Positions 52,806-63,091 are shown, counted from the stretch's first letter. The stretch is DNA of 64,000 nt from Alphaproteobacteria bacterium (GCA_030740435.1 JASLXG010000066.1:24603-88602), one strand, 5' to 3'. Notes: generated by a model from the sequence alone, not told the origin. Translations and numbers: made by a program.

Positions 52806-53504
52806 ATGATCGACGCCCACTATTGGCCGACGCCGAACGGCTGGAAGCTGTCCATCGCCCTCGAGGAAATGGAGCTCGAATACCGCGTCGTGCCGGTGAA
52901 CATCGGTGCCGGCGACCAGTTCGAGGCCGAATTCCTGGTCATCAGCCCCAACAACCGCATGCCGGCCATCGTCGACCACGACCCGCCCGGCGGCGGCGAG
53001 CCGGTCTCGGTGTTCGAAAGCGGCGCCATCCTGATCTATCTGGCCGAGAAGTGTGGCCGCTTCCTGCCCAGCGACCTGCGCGGCCGCACGCAAGTGCTGC
53101 AATGGCTGATGTGGCAGATGGGCGGTGTCGGCCCGATGTTCGGCCAGGCCGGGCATTTCCGCTTCTATGCCCCGGTGGCAGAGCCCTATGCCCAGGAACG
53201 CTACCGCAACGAAATGCTCAGGCTATACGGCGTGCTCGACCGGCGCCTGGAAGGGCGCGAGTTCGTCGCCGGCGATTATTCCATCGCCGACATGGCGATC
53301 TGGCCTTGGGTCATCACCTACAAGCGCCAGGAAGTGGATCTCGAGCAATTCGCCAACGTGCGGCGCTGGTACAAGGCCCTGCAAACCCGCCCGGCGCTAC
53401 GCCGCGGCTACGACGTGGGCAAGGAATTCGGCAAGCCCGACGGCAATTGGGACGACGAGGCGCGCAAGCACCTGATGGCCCAGGCCAATCCCGGCAAGCA
53501 GTAA
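52806..53504 (+). CDS. Glutathione S-transferase (Nu-class, YfcG/YghU-like)
   Basis: GST N- and C-terminal domain motifs (PNGWKLSIALEE...SPNNRMPAIVD...ESGAILIYLAEK). Confidence 0.75.
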   Translation: MIDAHYWPTPNGWKLSIALEEMELEYRVVPVNIGAGDQFEAEFLVISPNNRMPAIVDHDPPGGGEPVSVFESGAILIYLAEKCGRFLPSDLRGRTQVLQWLMWQMGGVGPMFGQAGHFRFYAPVAEPYAQERYRNEMLRLYGVLDRRLEGREFVAGDYSIADMAIWPWVITYKRQEVDLEQFANVRRWYKALQTRPALRRGYDVGKEFGKPDGNWDDEARKHLMAQANPGKQ

Positions 53505-53516
53505 AGGGAGAGTGCG

Positions 53517-53984
53517 ATGATCGAAGTCAACGGCATGGCCCACGTCATTCTCACCGTCAGCCAGTTCGAGGCGTCACGTGAGTTCTATTGCGAACTGCTG
53601 CCCTACCTGGGCATGCAGAAGGTCTTCGACGGCGACAACTTCGTCTATCACGTGGGCGGCCGCACGGCGCTGGGCATCCAGCGCTGTGCCGAAGAACACG
53701 AAGGCGAGCGCTTCGTCCAGAACCGCGTCGGTCTGCACCACGTCTGCCTGCGCGCACGTTCGCGCGATGATGTCGACAAGGCGGCGGAAAAGCTGCGCCA
53801 GATGGGTGCCTACATCGACCGCGGGCCGATGCAGCGCCAATGGGCGGAGGGGTACTACTTTTTCGTTTTCGAGGACCCGGACGGGATTCGTCTGGAGATC
53901 AACCACATCCCCGGCAAGGGGTTGTTGGAGGGCGACCGGCCGGCCAGCCCCAGCCAGGACCCGAACTGGGACCAGAACGCCTGA
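53517..53984 (+). CDS. VOC-family (glyoxalase/bleomycin-resistance/dioxygenase fold) protein
   Basis: Its size and the HV...HHVCL...FEDPDGIRLEI pattern fit the VOC family. Confidence 0.6.
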   Translation: MIEVNGMAHVILTVSQFEASREFYCELLPYLGMQKVFDGDNFVYHVGGRTALGIQRCAEEHEGERFVQNRVGLHHVCLRARSRDDVDKAAEKLRQMGAYIDRGPMQRQWAEGYYFFVFEDPDGIRLEINHIPGKGLLEGDRPASPSQDPNWDQNA

Positions 53985-53996
53985 AGCGAGTCGGGA

Positions 53997-54521
53997 TCAA
54001 GCGCTCGCTGCCGCACCCTCCGGGTCGTGGCGCCGCTCGTCGCCGGCGTAGGGGTCATAGAACTGCGCCGGCAGGCGGCGGCGACAGGGGCCGACATAGC
54101 TGCCGATTTCGATTTTCTCGGGCGGCTGGGCGATCAGGTTGCGGATCGTTGCCTCCAATTCGGCGGGAGATATGGGCTTGACCAGGATGTGGTCGGCGCC
54201 GGCCTTGATGGCTGCCGTGATGTGATTTCTGTGATGATCGTCGGTGGTCATGATGACCGGCAGGTGCGCTACCGGCGTGGTTTTGGGATCGCGCAGGTAG
54301 CGCAACACAACGAATCCCTTGCCGTCTTCGAGGGTGCGGTCGAGCAGCACGTAGTCGAGCGGCGCTTCATCTATCTCGGCCCGCGCCTCGACGGCATCGC
54401 CGGCCAGACGGACCTGGGAGATGCCGATGCGGCGCAACATGCTGGTCATCAGACGGCGGTAGCTCTGATCGTCATCGACGACGAGAAAGCGGAGCTCTTG
54501 CAGGTCAATTCGCTCGTCCAT
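53997..54521 (-). CDS. Response regulator with a receiver domain plus a short C-terminal tail
   Basis: FLVVDDD...D (phospho-acceptor)...LVKP receiver motifs. Confidence 0.7.
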   Translation of the reverse strand: MDERIDLQELRFLVVDDDQSYRRLMTSMLRRIGISQVRLAGDAVEARAEIDEAPLDYVLLDRTLEDGKGFVVLRYLRDPKTTPVAHLPVIMTTDDHHRNHITAAIKAGADHILVKPISPAELEATIRNLIAQPPEKIEIGSYVGPCRRRLPAQFYDPYAGDERRHDPEGAAASA

Positions 54522-54685
54522 GTTCGGCGGCCTCGGCAAAGCGGTTTACCCAACCATTCACCTATCGTGAGAATCACTAAACCACGGAAATCGTTGATAA
54601 TTCCTCAAGATTGTGCGGTCGACCCTGGTGGAAAGAAAAGGGCGCGCCGCGGCGCACCCCTTCCCCGGTAGCAAATTTCCCGGCG

Positions 54686-55648
54686 CTACCACATGGCGAC
54701 GGGGTTGATGATCATCTGCACCGTGCCCTTGATGCGGGCCTGGCCCAGCACGAACATGAACTCGTGCACGCCTTCACGGGCCAGGCGGCCGGTGTTCATG
54801 GTCTCGAGGATGTAAATGCCGCCATTCTTGAGCATATGGACATGGCCGTAGAAGACCTTGTCGCCCTTTGGCGGGGGCACCACGTCGACGCCCCAGGTAT
54901 CGGCACCGACGGCCATCGGGTTGAGCGAGGCCACGTAGGCCATGGCCTCGTTGTTGAGGCCGGGCTCGGACGAGACCCAGGCCTTAGGATCCGAGGCCAG
55001 CTTGCCGTCGGTCCAGCCGGTGTGGAACAGCACCACGTCGCCCTGGCGGATGCTGACGCCCTGGGCCTTGGCGGCGGCCTTGATGTCGGCCGAGCCGATG
55101 GCCTGGCCGCCCTTCATGGTGGCGACGCCGAAATGCTTGGCCATATCGATCATGACGCCGCGTCCCACCAGCGGCGGGATGTTATGGACGGCGAGCTTCT
55201 TCAGGCCGGTGATGTGGACGAAATCGGCGGCGGCGTTGCAGTTGTAATAGAGGTTGTCCTCGCCCAGGTGCCCCAGCCCGTCGATCTGCGGTCCGGTGCC
55301 GAACCAGAGCTGTGCCAGGTCGTCGTTGTAGACGATGGGCCAGCCGAAGTCCTGGGCCAGGCTGCGGCCGTTGTGCTGTCCCGGCGACACTATCTGCAAC
55401 GAGGTCGAGCGTGGCGGAAAGGCCGGCATCTTGGGATCGACGACGATGCCCAGAGGATGGCTCTCGCCCTTCTTGACCAGCTTGACGGCGGCCAGAACCT
55501 GGGCCGGTGTGACGTAGTTGGCGGCGCCGATCTCGTCCTTGGCACCCCATTTCGAGGTCTTGCAGGCGGCGGCCTGGGCGGTGCCGGCGGCCATTGCCAG
55601 GGCCCCCGCGGCCACGGCGGTAAGGCATAAGGTACGCAAGTTTCGCAT
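54686..55648 (-). CDS. Secreted cyclase-family protein (kynurenine formamidase-like fold)
   Basis: A signal peptide and the HxGTHxD-like block LFHTGW of the putative cyclase family. The RBS agggagagaaag precedes the ATG. Confidence 0.6.
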   Translation of the reverse strand: MRNLRTLCLTAVAAGALAMAAGTAQAAACKTSKWGAKDEIGAANYVTPAQVLAAVKLVKKGESHPLGIVVDPKMPAFPPRSTSLQIVSPGQHNGRSLAQDFGWPIVYNDDLAQLWFGTGPQIDGLGHLGEDNLYYNCNAAADFVHITGLKKLAVHNIPPLVGRGVMIDMAKHFGVATMKGGQAIGSADIKAAAKAQGVSIRQGDVVLFHTGWTDGKLASDPKAWVSSEPGLNNEAMAYVASLNPMAVGADTWGVDVVPPPKGDKVFYGHVHMLKNGGIYILETMNTGRLAREGVHEFMFVLGQARIKGTVQMIINPVAMW

Positions 55649-55828
55649 CTTTCTCTCCCTGCTATGATGTCTTTTTTTGTAAGCGTTCAACATTCACTAC
55701 TACGGCGTGAATGATCCCCAATTCGTCACCCAGATCAAATCTTATCGCTGGGCCCCGAGGCGACAGCGGGCCGAGTCGGGGCTACACTCGGCGCCGAAAA
55801 TTCCAGGCAGCGCAGGCGGGAGTGCGAT

Positions 55829-56611
55829 ATGACGGATGGTGGCAGACTGGCGGGAAAGGTGGCGCTGATCAGCGGCGCGGCTTCGGGCATCGGGGCCGAA
55901 ACGGCGCGCCTGTTTGCCCGCGAAGGCGCCGCCGTGGCGCTCTCCGACGTCAACGACAACCTGGGCCGCCAGGTGGCCGACGAGATCACCGCCGAGGGCG
56001 GCCGGGCGCATTATTTGCACCTCGATACCTCCGACGAAGGCGAATGGCGGGACGCCGTGGCCGCCACGCTGGAGGAATTCTCCGCGCTCCACATACTGGC
56101 CAACGTGGCCGGGGTTTCCGGCCGCCGCCCGGGCGGCAAGGCCACGAATAAGATCGACGCCACCGAGCTCGACGACTGGAACGCCGTGATGGCCGTCAAC
56201 GCCACCGGCGTCTTCCTCGGCACCAAGCACGTCATTGCCGCCATGCGCCAGGCCGGCGGCGGCTCGATCATCAATATCTCGTCGATCTACGGCATTGCCG
56301 GCTCGCCCCAGAGCGCGCCCTACCACGCCTCCAAGGGCGCCGTGCGCACACTCTCGAAGTCAGCCGCCATCCAGTTTGCCCCCGACAACATCCGGGTCAA
56401 TTCGATCCACCCCGGCTTCGTCGACACGGCCATGACCGAGTTCATCCACGACGATCCCAAGATCGCCAAGTGGCGCCTCGACCAGACGCCGCTACGCCGC
56501 TTCGGCCAGCCCCGCGACATCGCCATGGGCTGTCTCTACCTGGCCTCCGACGAGGCCGAATGGGTGACCGGAACCGAGTTGATCATCGACGGCGGCTATC
56601 TGGCCCAGTAG
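55829..56611 (+). CDS. SDR-family oxidoreductase
   Basis: GAASGIG cofactor motif. SSIYG...YHASKGAV catalytic tetrad region. Confidence 0.8.
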   Translation: MTDGGRLAGKVALISGAASGIGAETARLFAREGAAVALSDVNDNLGRQVADEITAEGGRAHYLHLDTSDEGEWRDAVAATLEEFSALHILANVAGVSGRRPGGKATNKIDATELDDWNAVMAVNATGVFLGTKHVIAAMRQAGGGSIINISSIYGIAGSPQSAPYHASKGAVRTLSKSAAIQFAPDNIRVNSIHPGFVDTAMTEFIHDDPKIAKWRLDQTPLRRFGQPRDIAMGCLYLASDEAEWVTGTELIIDGGYLAQ

Positions 56612-56631
56612 GGCGCCGGGCACCGTCTGCC

Positions 56632-58146
56632 ATGCCCGATTTTTCTACCATGGTCGAGATGTTCGACCATGTCGCCGGGCGCTGGCCCGAACGCACGGCC
56701 ATGATCTCGGGCGAGGCGCGCCTGAGCTACCGCGCCTACCGCCATGGCGCCGGGGTGCTGGCGGAACGCTTGTGGAGCCTGGGGGTGGAACGCGGCGGCC
56801 GGGTCGCGGTCTTCAAGGGGAACTCGATCGAGCTCTCCATCGCGGCCCAGGCCATCTGGGCCGCCGGGGCCCAATTGGTCCTGCTCAACCCGCTCTATAC
56901 GGCCCGGGAACTCGGTCCCCTTTTGCTTGACGCGGCACCGGCGGTGCTGCTCTGCGACGACGATCTGATGGCGCTGGCGGCGCCGCTGGCGGCCGAGGCC
57001 GGGATCGCGGTTCTGGCCTTCCAGGCAGACGGGTTGACTGACGAACGCGGCGACGAATCGGCCGACCGGCCCTTGCCCGGCCCGCCGCCGGGCCCCGGCG
57101 AACCCGCCTCGCTGGTCTATACCGGCGGCACCACCGGCCTGCCGAAAGCCGCCTTCCACAGCCACGCCACCACCATGGCCCACATCCGCATGCACGATGC
57201 CACCTGGCGGCTCGGCGAGTCCGGCCAGACGGTGCTCAACGTGGCTCCGCAAAGCCACGTCTGGGGCCTGGCCATGACCTTGCAGTCGCCCCTGCTGGGC
57301 GGCGCCACCATCGTCAACGTGCCGCGCTTTCAGCCCGCCGAGGTGCTTGAGGCCCTGGTGCGCCACCGTGTCACCGTCTTCACCGGCGGCCCTTCAACGG
57401 TCTACAATGCCCTGATGGGCCTGCCCGAGATCGCCACGGCCGATCTCGGTGCGCTGGAGCGCTGCTTCGGCGGCGGCGCGCCCTTCGCCGAGGAAACCGT
57501 TCGCGCCTGGCAGGGCCTCACCGGCAACCCCATCCTCGAGGGCTATGGCATGAGCGAGGCCGGGCCGATCTGCGGCAATCCCCTGGACCGGCCCCGCCCC
57601 GGCAGCGTCGGCCTGGCCATGCCCGGCATGGAGCTCGAAGTGGTGGATGTCGAAAGCGCCACCCAGGTGCTGGCGCCGGACGAGGCCGGCGAGATCCGGG
57701 TGCGCGGTCCCAACGTCTGCTCGCACTACTGGCAGCGCCCCGAGGAAAGCGCCCAGGCCATCCGCGGGGGCTGGCTCTATACCGGCGACATCGGCCTGGT
57801 TGATGCCGAGGGTTACGTCTGCATCGTCGAGCGCAAGAAGGACATGGCCATCACCGGCGGCTACAACGTCTACCCGCGCGAGATCGACGAGGTGCTGTTC
57901 GCCCATCCGGCCGTGCAAGAGGCCGCCGCCGTGGCCGTGCCCGATGCCCACTGGGGCGAGGTGCTGTGGGCCTACGCGGTGTTGTCGCCGGGCCAGACGG
58001 CGGACGCGGACGAGCTCATGGACTGGTGCCGCGAGCGCCTGGCCAAATACAAGATCCCGGCGCGGATCGAGCTGGCCGAGGGGCTTCCCAAGACGCCGGC
58101 CAACAAGATCGACAAGCGGGCCTTGCGCGAGTTGGCGCGAAAATAG
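56632..58146 (+). CDS. AMP-dependent synthetase/ligase (acyl-CoA synthetase)
   Basis: YTGGTTGLPKA AMP-binding motif and a C-terminal GEI...KIPARIELAEGLPKTPANKIDK motif. Confidence 0.8.
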   Translation: MPDFSTMVEMFDHVAGRWPERTAMISGEARLSYRAYRHGAGVLAERLWSLGVERGGRVAVFKGNSIELSIAAQAIWAAGAQLVLLNPLYTARELGPLLLDAAPAVLLCDDDLMALAAPLAAEAGIAVLAFQADGLTDERGDESADRPLPGPPPGPGEPASLVYTGGTTGLPKAAFHSHATTMAHIRMHDATWRLGESGQTVLNVAPQSHVWGLAMTLQSPLLGGATIVNVPRFQPAEVLEALVRHRVTVFTGGPSTVYNALMGLPEIATADLGALERCFGGGAPFAEETVRAWQGLTGNPILEGYGMSEAGPICGNPLDRPRPGSVGLAMPGMELEVVDVESATQVLAPDEAGEIRVRGPNVCSHYWQRPEESAQAIRGGWLYTGDIGLVDAEGYVCIVERKKDMAITGGYNVYPREIDEVLFAHPAVQEAAAVAVPDAHWGEVLWAYAVLSPGQTADADELMDWCRERLAKYKIPARIELAEGLPKTPANKIDKRALRELARK

Positions 58147-58348
58147 AGGTTTGAGGCGAAGATTCTGGACACAACTTATTTTCCCGCGCTTCCTCAGACG
58201 GATCATGCCAATACGCAAACCGCCAGACGGAACCTGGGGGGCTGCCGGGGTGAGCTGGTTCAGCAGCCGGCGTGCGTTCTATTGCGCTCGGCCGGAAGAG
58301 TCCTTATTTTTGAGCTACGTTGTAGCCCAGACGTGGGAGATTGATATC

Positions 58349-58606
58349 GTGAGTACCGTCGTTCGTGCGCGCATCGACGAAAGGGTCAAGGACGAAGCGG
58401 CCGCCGTACTGGCGTCGATCGGCCTGACCGTATCCGATGCCTTCCGTCTCATGTTGGTGCGCGTCGCCGCCGAGAAGAAACTGCCCTTTGAGCCGCTGGT
58501 GCCGAACGAAGAGACCGTCGAGGTCATGCGCGCGGCCCGCAGGGGCGACATTGTCGAGGTCGGCAAACTGGACGATCTGCTGGCGGATCTGAATGCGGAC
58601 GATTAG
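58349..58606 (+). CDS. dinJ: RelB/DinJ-family antitoxin (85 aa)
   Basis: The ribbon-helix-helix N-terminus (VRARIDERVKDEAAAVLASIGLTVSDAFRL) matches DinJ. Its stop overlaps the toxin ATG. Confidence 0.65.
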   Translation: MSTVVRARIDERVKDEAAAVLASIGLTVSDAFRLMLVRVAAEKKLPFEPLVPNEETVEVMRAARRGDIVEVGKLDDLLADLNADD

Positions 58607-58874
58607 CCGCACCACAGCCTTCAAACGCGATTACAGACGGGAAAAAAGGGGCCGGCATCGCGACGTCCTCGACAACGAGTTGCTGTCGGCTCTGCGCCTG
58701 CTGGTCGCCGACTAGCCGCTGCCGCCGCGTTATCACGACCATTCCCTGGTCGGGGAATGGAAGGACCATCGTGATTGCCACATCAAGCCGGATCTGGTGC
58801 TGATTTACCGCAAACCCGACGACGGAACCCTCGATCTCGTGCGCCTGGGCTCGCATAATGAGCTTGGGCTGTGA
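58593..58874 (+). pseudogene. yafQ: YafQ/RelE-family toxin gene interrupted by an in-frame amber codon (TAG at 58713-58715)
   Basis: The 5' part (M..FKRDYRREKRGRHRDVLDNELLSALRLLVAD*) and the 3' part (PLPPRYHDHSLVGEWKDHRDCHIKPDLVLIYRK...) are in the same frame and together match E. coli YafQ (..LLINNTLPLPAVYKDHPLQGSWKGYRDAHVEPDWILIYKL..). Confidence 0.65.
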
Positions 58875-59005
58875 TCTTTGCCTGAATCCGCTTGCCAGAA
58901 GGCGCTACGCTTGAAAACATAGCGCTCAAAGCACAACACAAACAGCGCCGCCGCGCGGCCCCGGTGGGAGGGGCCCGAACGAGGCGGCATTTCGGGGCAT
59001 TGATC

Positions 59006-61027
59006 ATGAACTCAGGCAGAGAAACCGGGCCTCACAACGTGGCACTTGTGGGGCCGTACCTATCGGGCAAGACGACGCTCTTGGAAAACCTTCTGTTCGT
59101 CTCCGGCGGCGTCCACCGCAAGGGCAACATGCGCGACGGCAACACGGTCGGCGATTCCTCGGCCGAGGCGCGCGATCGCGGCATGAGCGTCGAGGTCAAC
59201 GTCGCCACCACCAGCTTCATGGACGACCAGTTCACCTTCCTCGACTGCCCCGGCTCGATCGAGTTCAGCCAGGAGATGGCCTTCGCCCTCAAGGGCGCCG
59301 ACTGCGCCGTGGTGGTTTGCGAGCCCGAGGCCGACAAGGCCCTGGCGCTGGCGCCCATTCTCAAGCAGCTCGACGACCTGGATCTGCCGCGCTTCATCTT
59401 CGTCAACAAGATGGACCGGGCGGTGACGCCGGTGGCCGATCTGGTGGCGGCACTCGACGATATCTCCTCCAAGCCCGTGGTGCTGCGCCACGTGCCCATC
59501 CGCCAGGACGAGGAGGTCACGGGCTACGTCGACCTGGCCAGCGAAAAAACCTACCACTGGGAGGAGGGCGCCGCTTCATCGGCCTCGGAGCCGCCGGCCG
59601 AGATGGCCGACGAGCTGGCCGACGCCCGTTTCGCCATGCTGGAGAAGCTCTCCGACTTCAACGACGAGCTGATGGAGAAGCTGCTGGAAGACGAGATGCC
59701 GCCGATGGCCGACGTCTACGGCCATCTCACCGAATGCACGCGCTCGGGCGACATCGTGCCGGTGCTGCTCGGTGCCGCCGAGCACGAACACGGCGTGCGC
59801 CGGCTGTTGAAGGCTTTGCGCCACGAAACCCCGGCGGCCGCCGTCACGGCCGAGCGCCTGGGCGTCAACGGCAGCGACACCGTGGCCCAGGTGCTCAAGA
59901 CCTACCATACGGCGCATGGCGGCAAGCTCTCGGTGGCCCGGATCTGGTCGGGGGCGCTGAAGGACGGCATGACGATGAACGGCGAGCGTGTCTCGGGCAT
60001 TTTTCACCTCAGCGGCCTGGCCACCGAAAAGGCCGCCGAGGCCAAGGCCGGCGAGATCGTGGCGCTGGGCCGCATGGAAAGCGTGGCCACCAACGACACC
60101 CTGATCGAGGGCAAGGAGAGTGGCGATCTGGCCCGGGCCGAGGTGCCGCAGGCGGTCTATGCGATGAAATTGAAGGCCGCCGACCGCAACGACGAGGTCA
60201 AGCTCTCCGGTGCCATGAACAAGCTTTTGGAGGAGGACCCCTCGCTCACCTTCGAGCACGAACACGATACCAACGAGTGGATCCTGGCGGGCCAGGGCGA
60301 GATGCACCTGCGCGTCGCGGTGCAGCGCCTGGAAAACAAGTACGGCCTCAAGGTCGAAGGCACCCGCCCCAAGGTGCCCTACAAGGAAGCCATCCGCAAA
60401 TCGGTCGAACAGCACGCCCGCTTCAAGCGCCAGACCGGCGGCCACGGGCAGTTCGGCGACGTCCACGTCGAGATCAAGCCGCTGCCCCGCGGCACCGGCT
60501 TCCAGTTCGAGGACAAGATCGTCGGCGGCTCCATCCCGCGCCAGTTCATCCCCGCCGTCGAGGCCGGCATCGTCGAATACCTGAGCAAGGGGCCGCTGGG
60601 TTTTCCCGTGGTCGACCTGGCCGTCAGGCTTTACGATGGCCAGTTCCACGCCGTCGACTCATCGGAACTGGCCTTCAAGACGGCCGGCCGCATGGCCATG
60701 TCGGAGGGCCTGCCGAAGTGCGATCCGGTGTTGCTGGAGCCCATCTTGCAGGTCGATATCTATGTCCCCAACGAGGCCACGCCCAAGGCCAATGCCCTGG
60801 TCTCCAGCCGGCGCGGCCAGATCATGGGCTTCGATGCCCGCGAGGGCTGGTTGGGCTGGGACGTGGTGCAGGCGCAACTGCCGCAATCGGAAATCCACGA
60901 CCTGATCATCGAGCTGCGCTCGATCTCGTCGGGCGTTGGCAGCTACGGCTGGAAGTACCATCACCTGCAGGAGCTCAGCGGGTCGTTGGCCGACAAGGTC
61001 ATCGCGGCCTACGCCGAAGAGGAGTAG
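59006..61027 (+). CDS. Elongation factor G-like GTPase paralog with degenerate catalytic motifs
   Basis: EF-G domain order (G, II, III, IV, V) is conserved. The P-loop GPYLSGKTT and NKMD are intact. The switch II motif DCPGS replaces DxPGH, so the catalytic His is absent, and the switch I motif RGMSV replaces RGITI. Confidence 0.7.
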   Translation: MNSGRETGPHNVALVGPYLSGKTTLLENLLFVSGGVHRKGNMRDGNTVGDSSAEARDRGMSVEVNVATTSFMDDQFTFLDCPGSIEFSQEMAFALKGADCAVVVCEPEADKALALAPILKQLDDLDLPRFIFVNKMDRAVTPVADLVAALDDISSKPVVLRHVPIRQDEEVTGYVDLASEKTYHWEEGAASSASEPPAEMADELADARFAMLEKLSDFNDELMEKLLEDEMPPMADVYGHLTECTRSGDIVPVLLGAAEHEHGVRRLLKALRHETPAAAVTAERLGVNGSDTVAQVLKTYHTAHGGKLSVARIWSGALKDGMTMNGERVSGIFHLSGLATEKAAEAKAGEIVALGRMESVATNDTLIEGKESGDLARAEVPQAVYAMKLKAADRNDEVKLSGAMNKLLEEDPSLTFEHEHDTNEWILAGQGEMHLRVAVQRLENKYGLKVEGTRPKVPYKEAIRKSVEQHARFKRQTGGHGQFGDVHVEIKPLPRGTGFQFEDKIVGGSIPRQFIPAVEAGIVEYLSKGPLGFPVVDLAVRLYDGQFHAVDSSELAFKTAGRMAMSEGLPKCDPVLLEPILQVDIYVPNEATPKANALVSSRRGQIMGFDAREGWLGWDVVQAQLPQSEIHDLIIELRSISSGVGSYGWKYHHLQELSGSLADKVIAAYAEEE

Positions 61028-61825
61028 ATGGATCCAGCCTTGGACCCCGCCATCGCCAAGGCCGCGGCGGCCCTGGCGGCGGCGCGCCGGCGCCGGCGGC
61101 GGCTGCCCGGCCTGGGCGAATACATCGAGCTCGACAGCCTGCTCGATGCCTATGCCATCCAGCACAGGCTGGTGCAGTCCTGGGGCGGGCGCGTGGCGGG
61201 CTGGAAGGTGGGCTGCACCAACGCGATAGCGCAAAAGCAGCTCGGCGTGGACGAGCCCTTCCGCGGCCAGGTGCTGGCTTCGGCCATGCACGAAAGCCCG
61301 GCGACGGTGCCCGGTGGCGATTTTTCCATGCGCGTCATCGAGCCCGAGTTCGCCTTCCGCCTGGCCCGCGACCTGCCGGCCCGCGAGGCGCCCTATGACC
61401 AGGACGGCGTGGCGGCGGCGGTGGGCGAGCTGATCCCGGTCATCGAGATCGTCGATACCGCCTACCAGGATTGGCTCAGCGTCGGCGCGCCTTCGCTGAT
61501 CGCCGACAACGGCTGCTTCGCCGCCCTGGTGCTGGGCCGGGCGGTCGGCGACTGGCAGCGCTTGGACCTCGGCGGCCACAGCGTGCGCGGCTTTCTCAAC
61601 GGCCGGCAGGTGGTCGAAGGCAGCGGCGCCAACGTCTTGGGCCATCCCCTGAATTCGCTGGCCTGGCTGGCCAACGACCTGGCCAGCGTCGGGCTTTCCC
61701 TGACGGCCGGCGAGATCGTCAGCACAGGCGTTTGCAGCGGCTTCTTCACGGCCGAGCCGGGCGACAGCGCCAGCGCCGACTTCGGCGAGCTGGGCGAGGT
61801 CACGGTGGCCTTTTCGGCCGATTGA
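61028..61825 (+). CDS. 2-keto-4-pentenoate hydratase / 2-oxohept-3-enedioate hydratase family (MhpD/HpaH-like)
   Basis: Hydratase-family blocks (GWKVGCTN...PVIEIVDT...GEIVSTG). Confidence 0.65.
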   Translation: MDPALDPAIAKAAAALAAARRRRRRLPGLGEYIELDSLLDAYAIQHRLVQSWGGRVAGWKVGCTNAIAQKQLGVDEPFRGQVLASAMHESPATVPGGDFSMRVIEPEFAFRLARDLPAREAPYDQDGVAAAVGELIPVIEIVDTAYQDWLSVGAPSLIADNGCFAALVLGRAVGDWQRLDLGGHSVRGFLNGRQVVEGSGANVLGHPLNSLAWLANDLASVGLSLTAGEIVSTGVCSGFFTAEPGDSASADFGELGEVTVAFSAD

Positions 61826-61867
61826 GGTAGGCTCCGGCGGCCCCGTTCCTGCCCGGCGCCCTGAACC

Positions 61868-63091
61868 ATGGCCGGATATCTCGACTTCGTTCTGTCGCAC
61901 CGCCGGTTTCTCGCCTTCGGCTTCTTTTTGTCTTTCGCTTCGGCTTCCGGCCAGACCTTTGTCATCGCCCTTTTCGGCGGCGAAATCCGGGCCGAGTTCG
62001 GGCTCGGCCACGGCGCCTTCGGCACCGTCTATTCGTTGGCCACGCTGGCCAGCGGCGTGCTGCTGGTGTGGACCGGGCGACTCATAGACCGGCTCGATCT
62101 GAGGCTGATCACGGCGTTTTCCTTTCTCGGCTTCGCCGCGGCCTGCATGGGTTTGGCGCTGGTCCCGGGCGTGGTGCTGCTGGGCGTCGCCATTTTCGGC
62201 CTGCGCTTTTGCGGCCAGGGCCTGATCTCGCTGATCGCCACCACCAGCATGGCGCGCTACTTCGAAGCCGGCCGGGGCAAGGCCATGACCGTGGCGGCGC
62301 TGGGTTTCCAGGCCGCCCAGGCGGTCTACCCCGTCGGCCTGGTGGCCCTGACGGCGTTGCTGGGCTGGCGTCAGGTTTGGCTGGTGATGGCGGCGGGTTT
62401 GCTGGTGCTGGCTCTGCCGGCGGCGCTCTGGATGCTGCGCGGGCATGGCTTGCGCCATCGCCGCCTGTTGGCCCGCAGCAGCGATCCCGGCCCGGGCTCG
62501 CGCCAGTGGTCGCGCCGCGAGGCCCTTGGTGATCGCCGCTTCTGGCTGCTGGCCCCGGCGGTGATGGCGCCATCCTATGTTTACACGGGCCTCTTTTTCC
62601 ACCAGGTCCACTTGGTCACCGTCAAGGGCTGGTCGTTGGCCTGGTTCGCCAGCGGGTTCCTGGTCTTTTCCGCCGCCTCGGTGCTCACGGCGCTGGTCTG
62701 CGGCAGCCTGATCGACCGCTTCGGGGCACGCCGTCTGGCCGGCTGGTACATTCTGCCCATGTCGCTCTCGCTGGTGCTGCTGCTGGCCTTCGACCATGCC
62801 GCCGTGGTGCCCCTCTTCATGGTTAGCGCCGGCGTCACATCGGGCGCCGCCATGACGGTGGTCGGCGCGCTGTGGGCGGAGCTCTACGGTGTGCGCAACC
62901 TGGGCGCCATCCGCTCGCTGGTCTGGGCCATGATGGTGGTGGCCTCGGCGCTGGCGCCCTTTTCCATGGGGTTGTTGATCGATGCCGGCACGGGCATCAC
63001 CGCCATCATCGCCGGCTGCCTGGCCTTCACTCTCATCGGCGGCGCCTTGATGCCTGCCGCCTTGACTGAGGCGGCCGGCGCGCAACATTAG
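61868..63091 (+). CDS. MFS transporter
   Basis: Twelve predicted TM helices and an overall MFS topology. Confidence 0.7.
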   Translation: MAGYLDFVLSHRRFLAFGFFLSFASASGQTFVIALFGGEIRAEFGLGHGAFGTVYSLATLASGVLLVWTGRLIDRLDLRLITAFSFLGFAAACMGLALVPGVVLLGVAIFGLRFCGQGLISLIATTSMARYFEAGRGKAMTVAALGFQAAQAVYPVGLVALTALLGWRQVWLVMAAGLLVLALPAALWMLRGHGLRHRRLLARSSDPGPGSRQWSRREALGDRRFWLLAPAVMAPSYVYTGLFFHQVHLVTVKGWSLAWFASGFLVFSAASVLTALVCGSLIDRFGARRLAGWYILPMSLSLVLLLAFDHAAVVPLFMVSAGVTSGAAMTVVGALWAELYGVRNLGAIRSLVWAMMVVASALAPFSMGLLIDAGTGITAIIAGCLAFTLIGGALMPAALTEAAGAQH

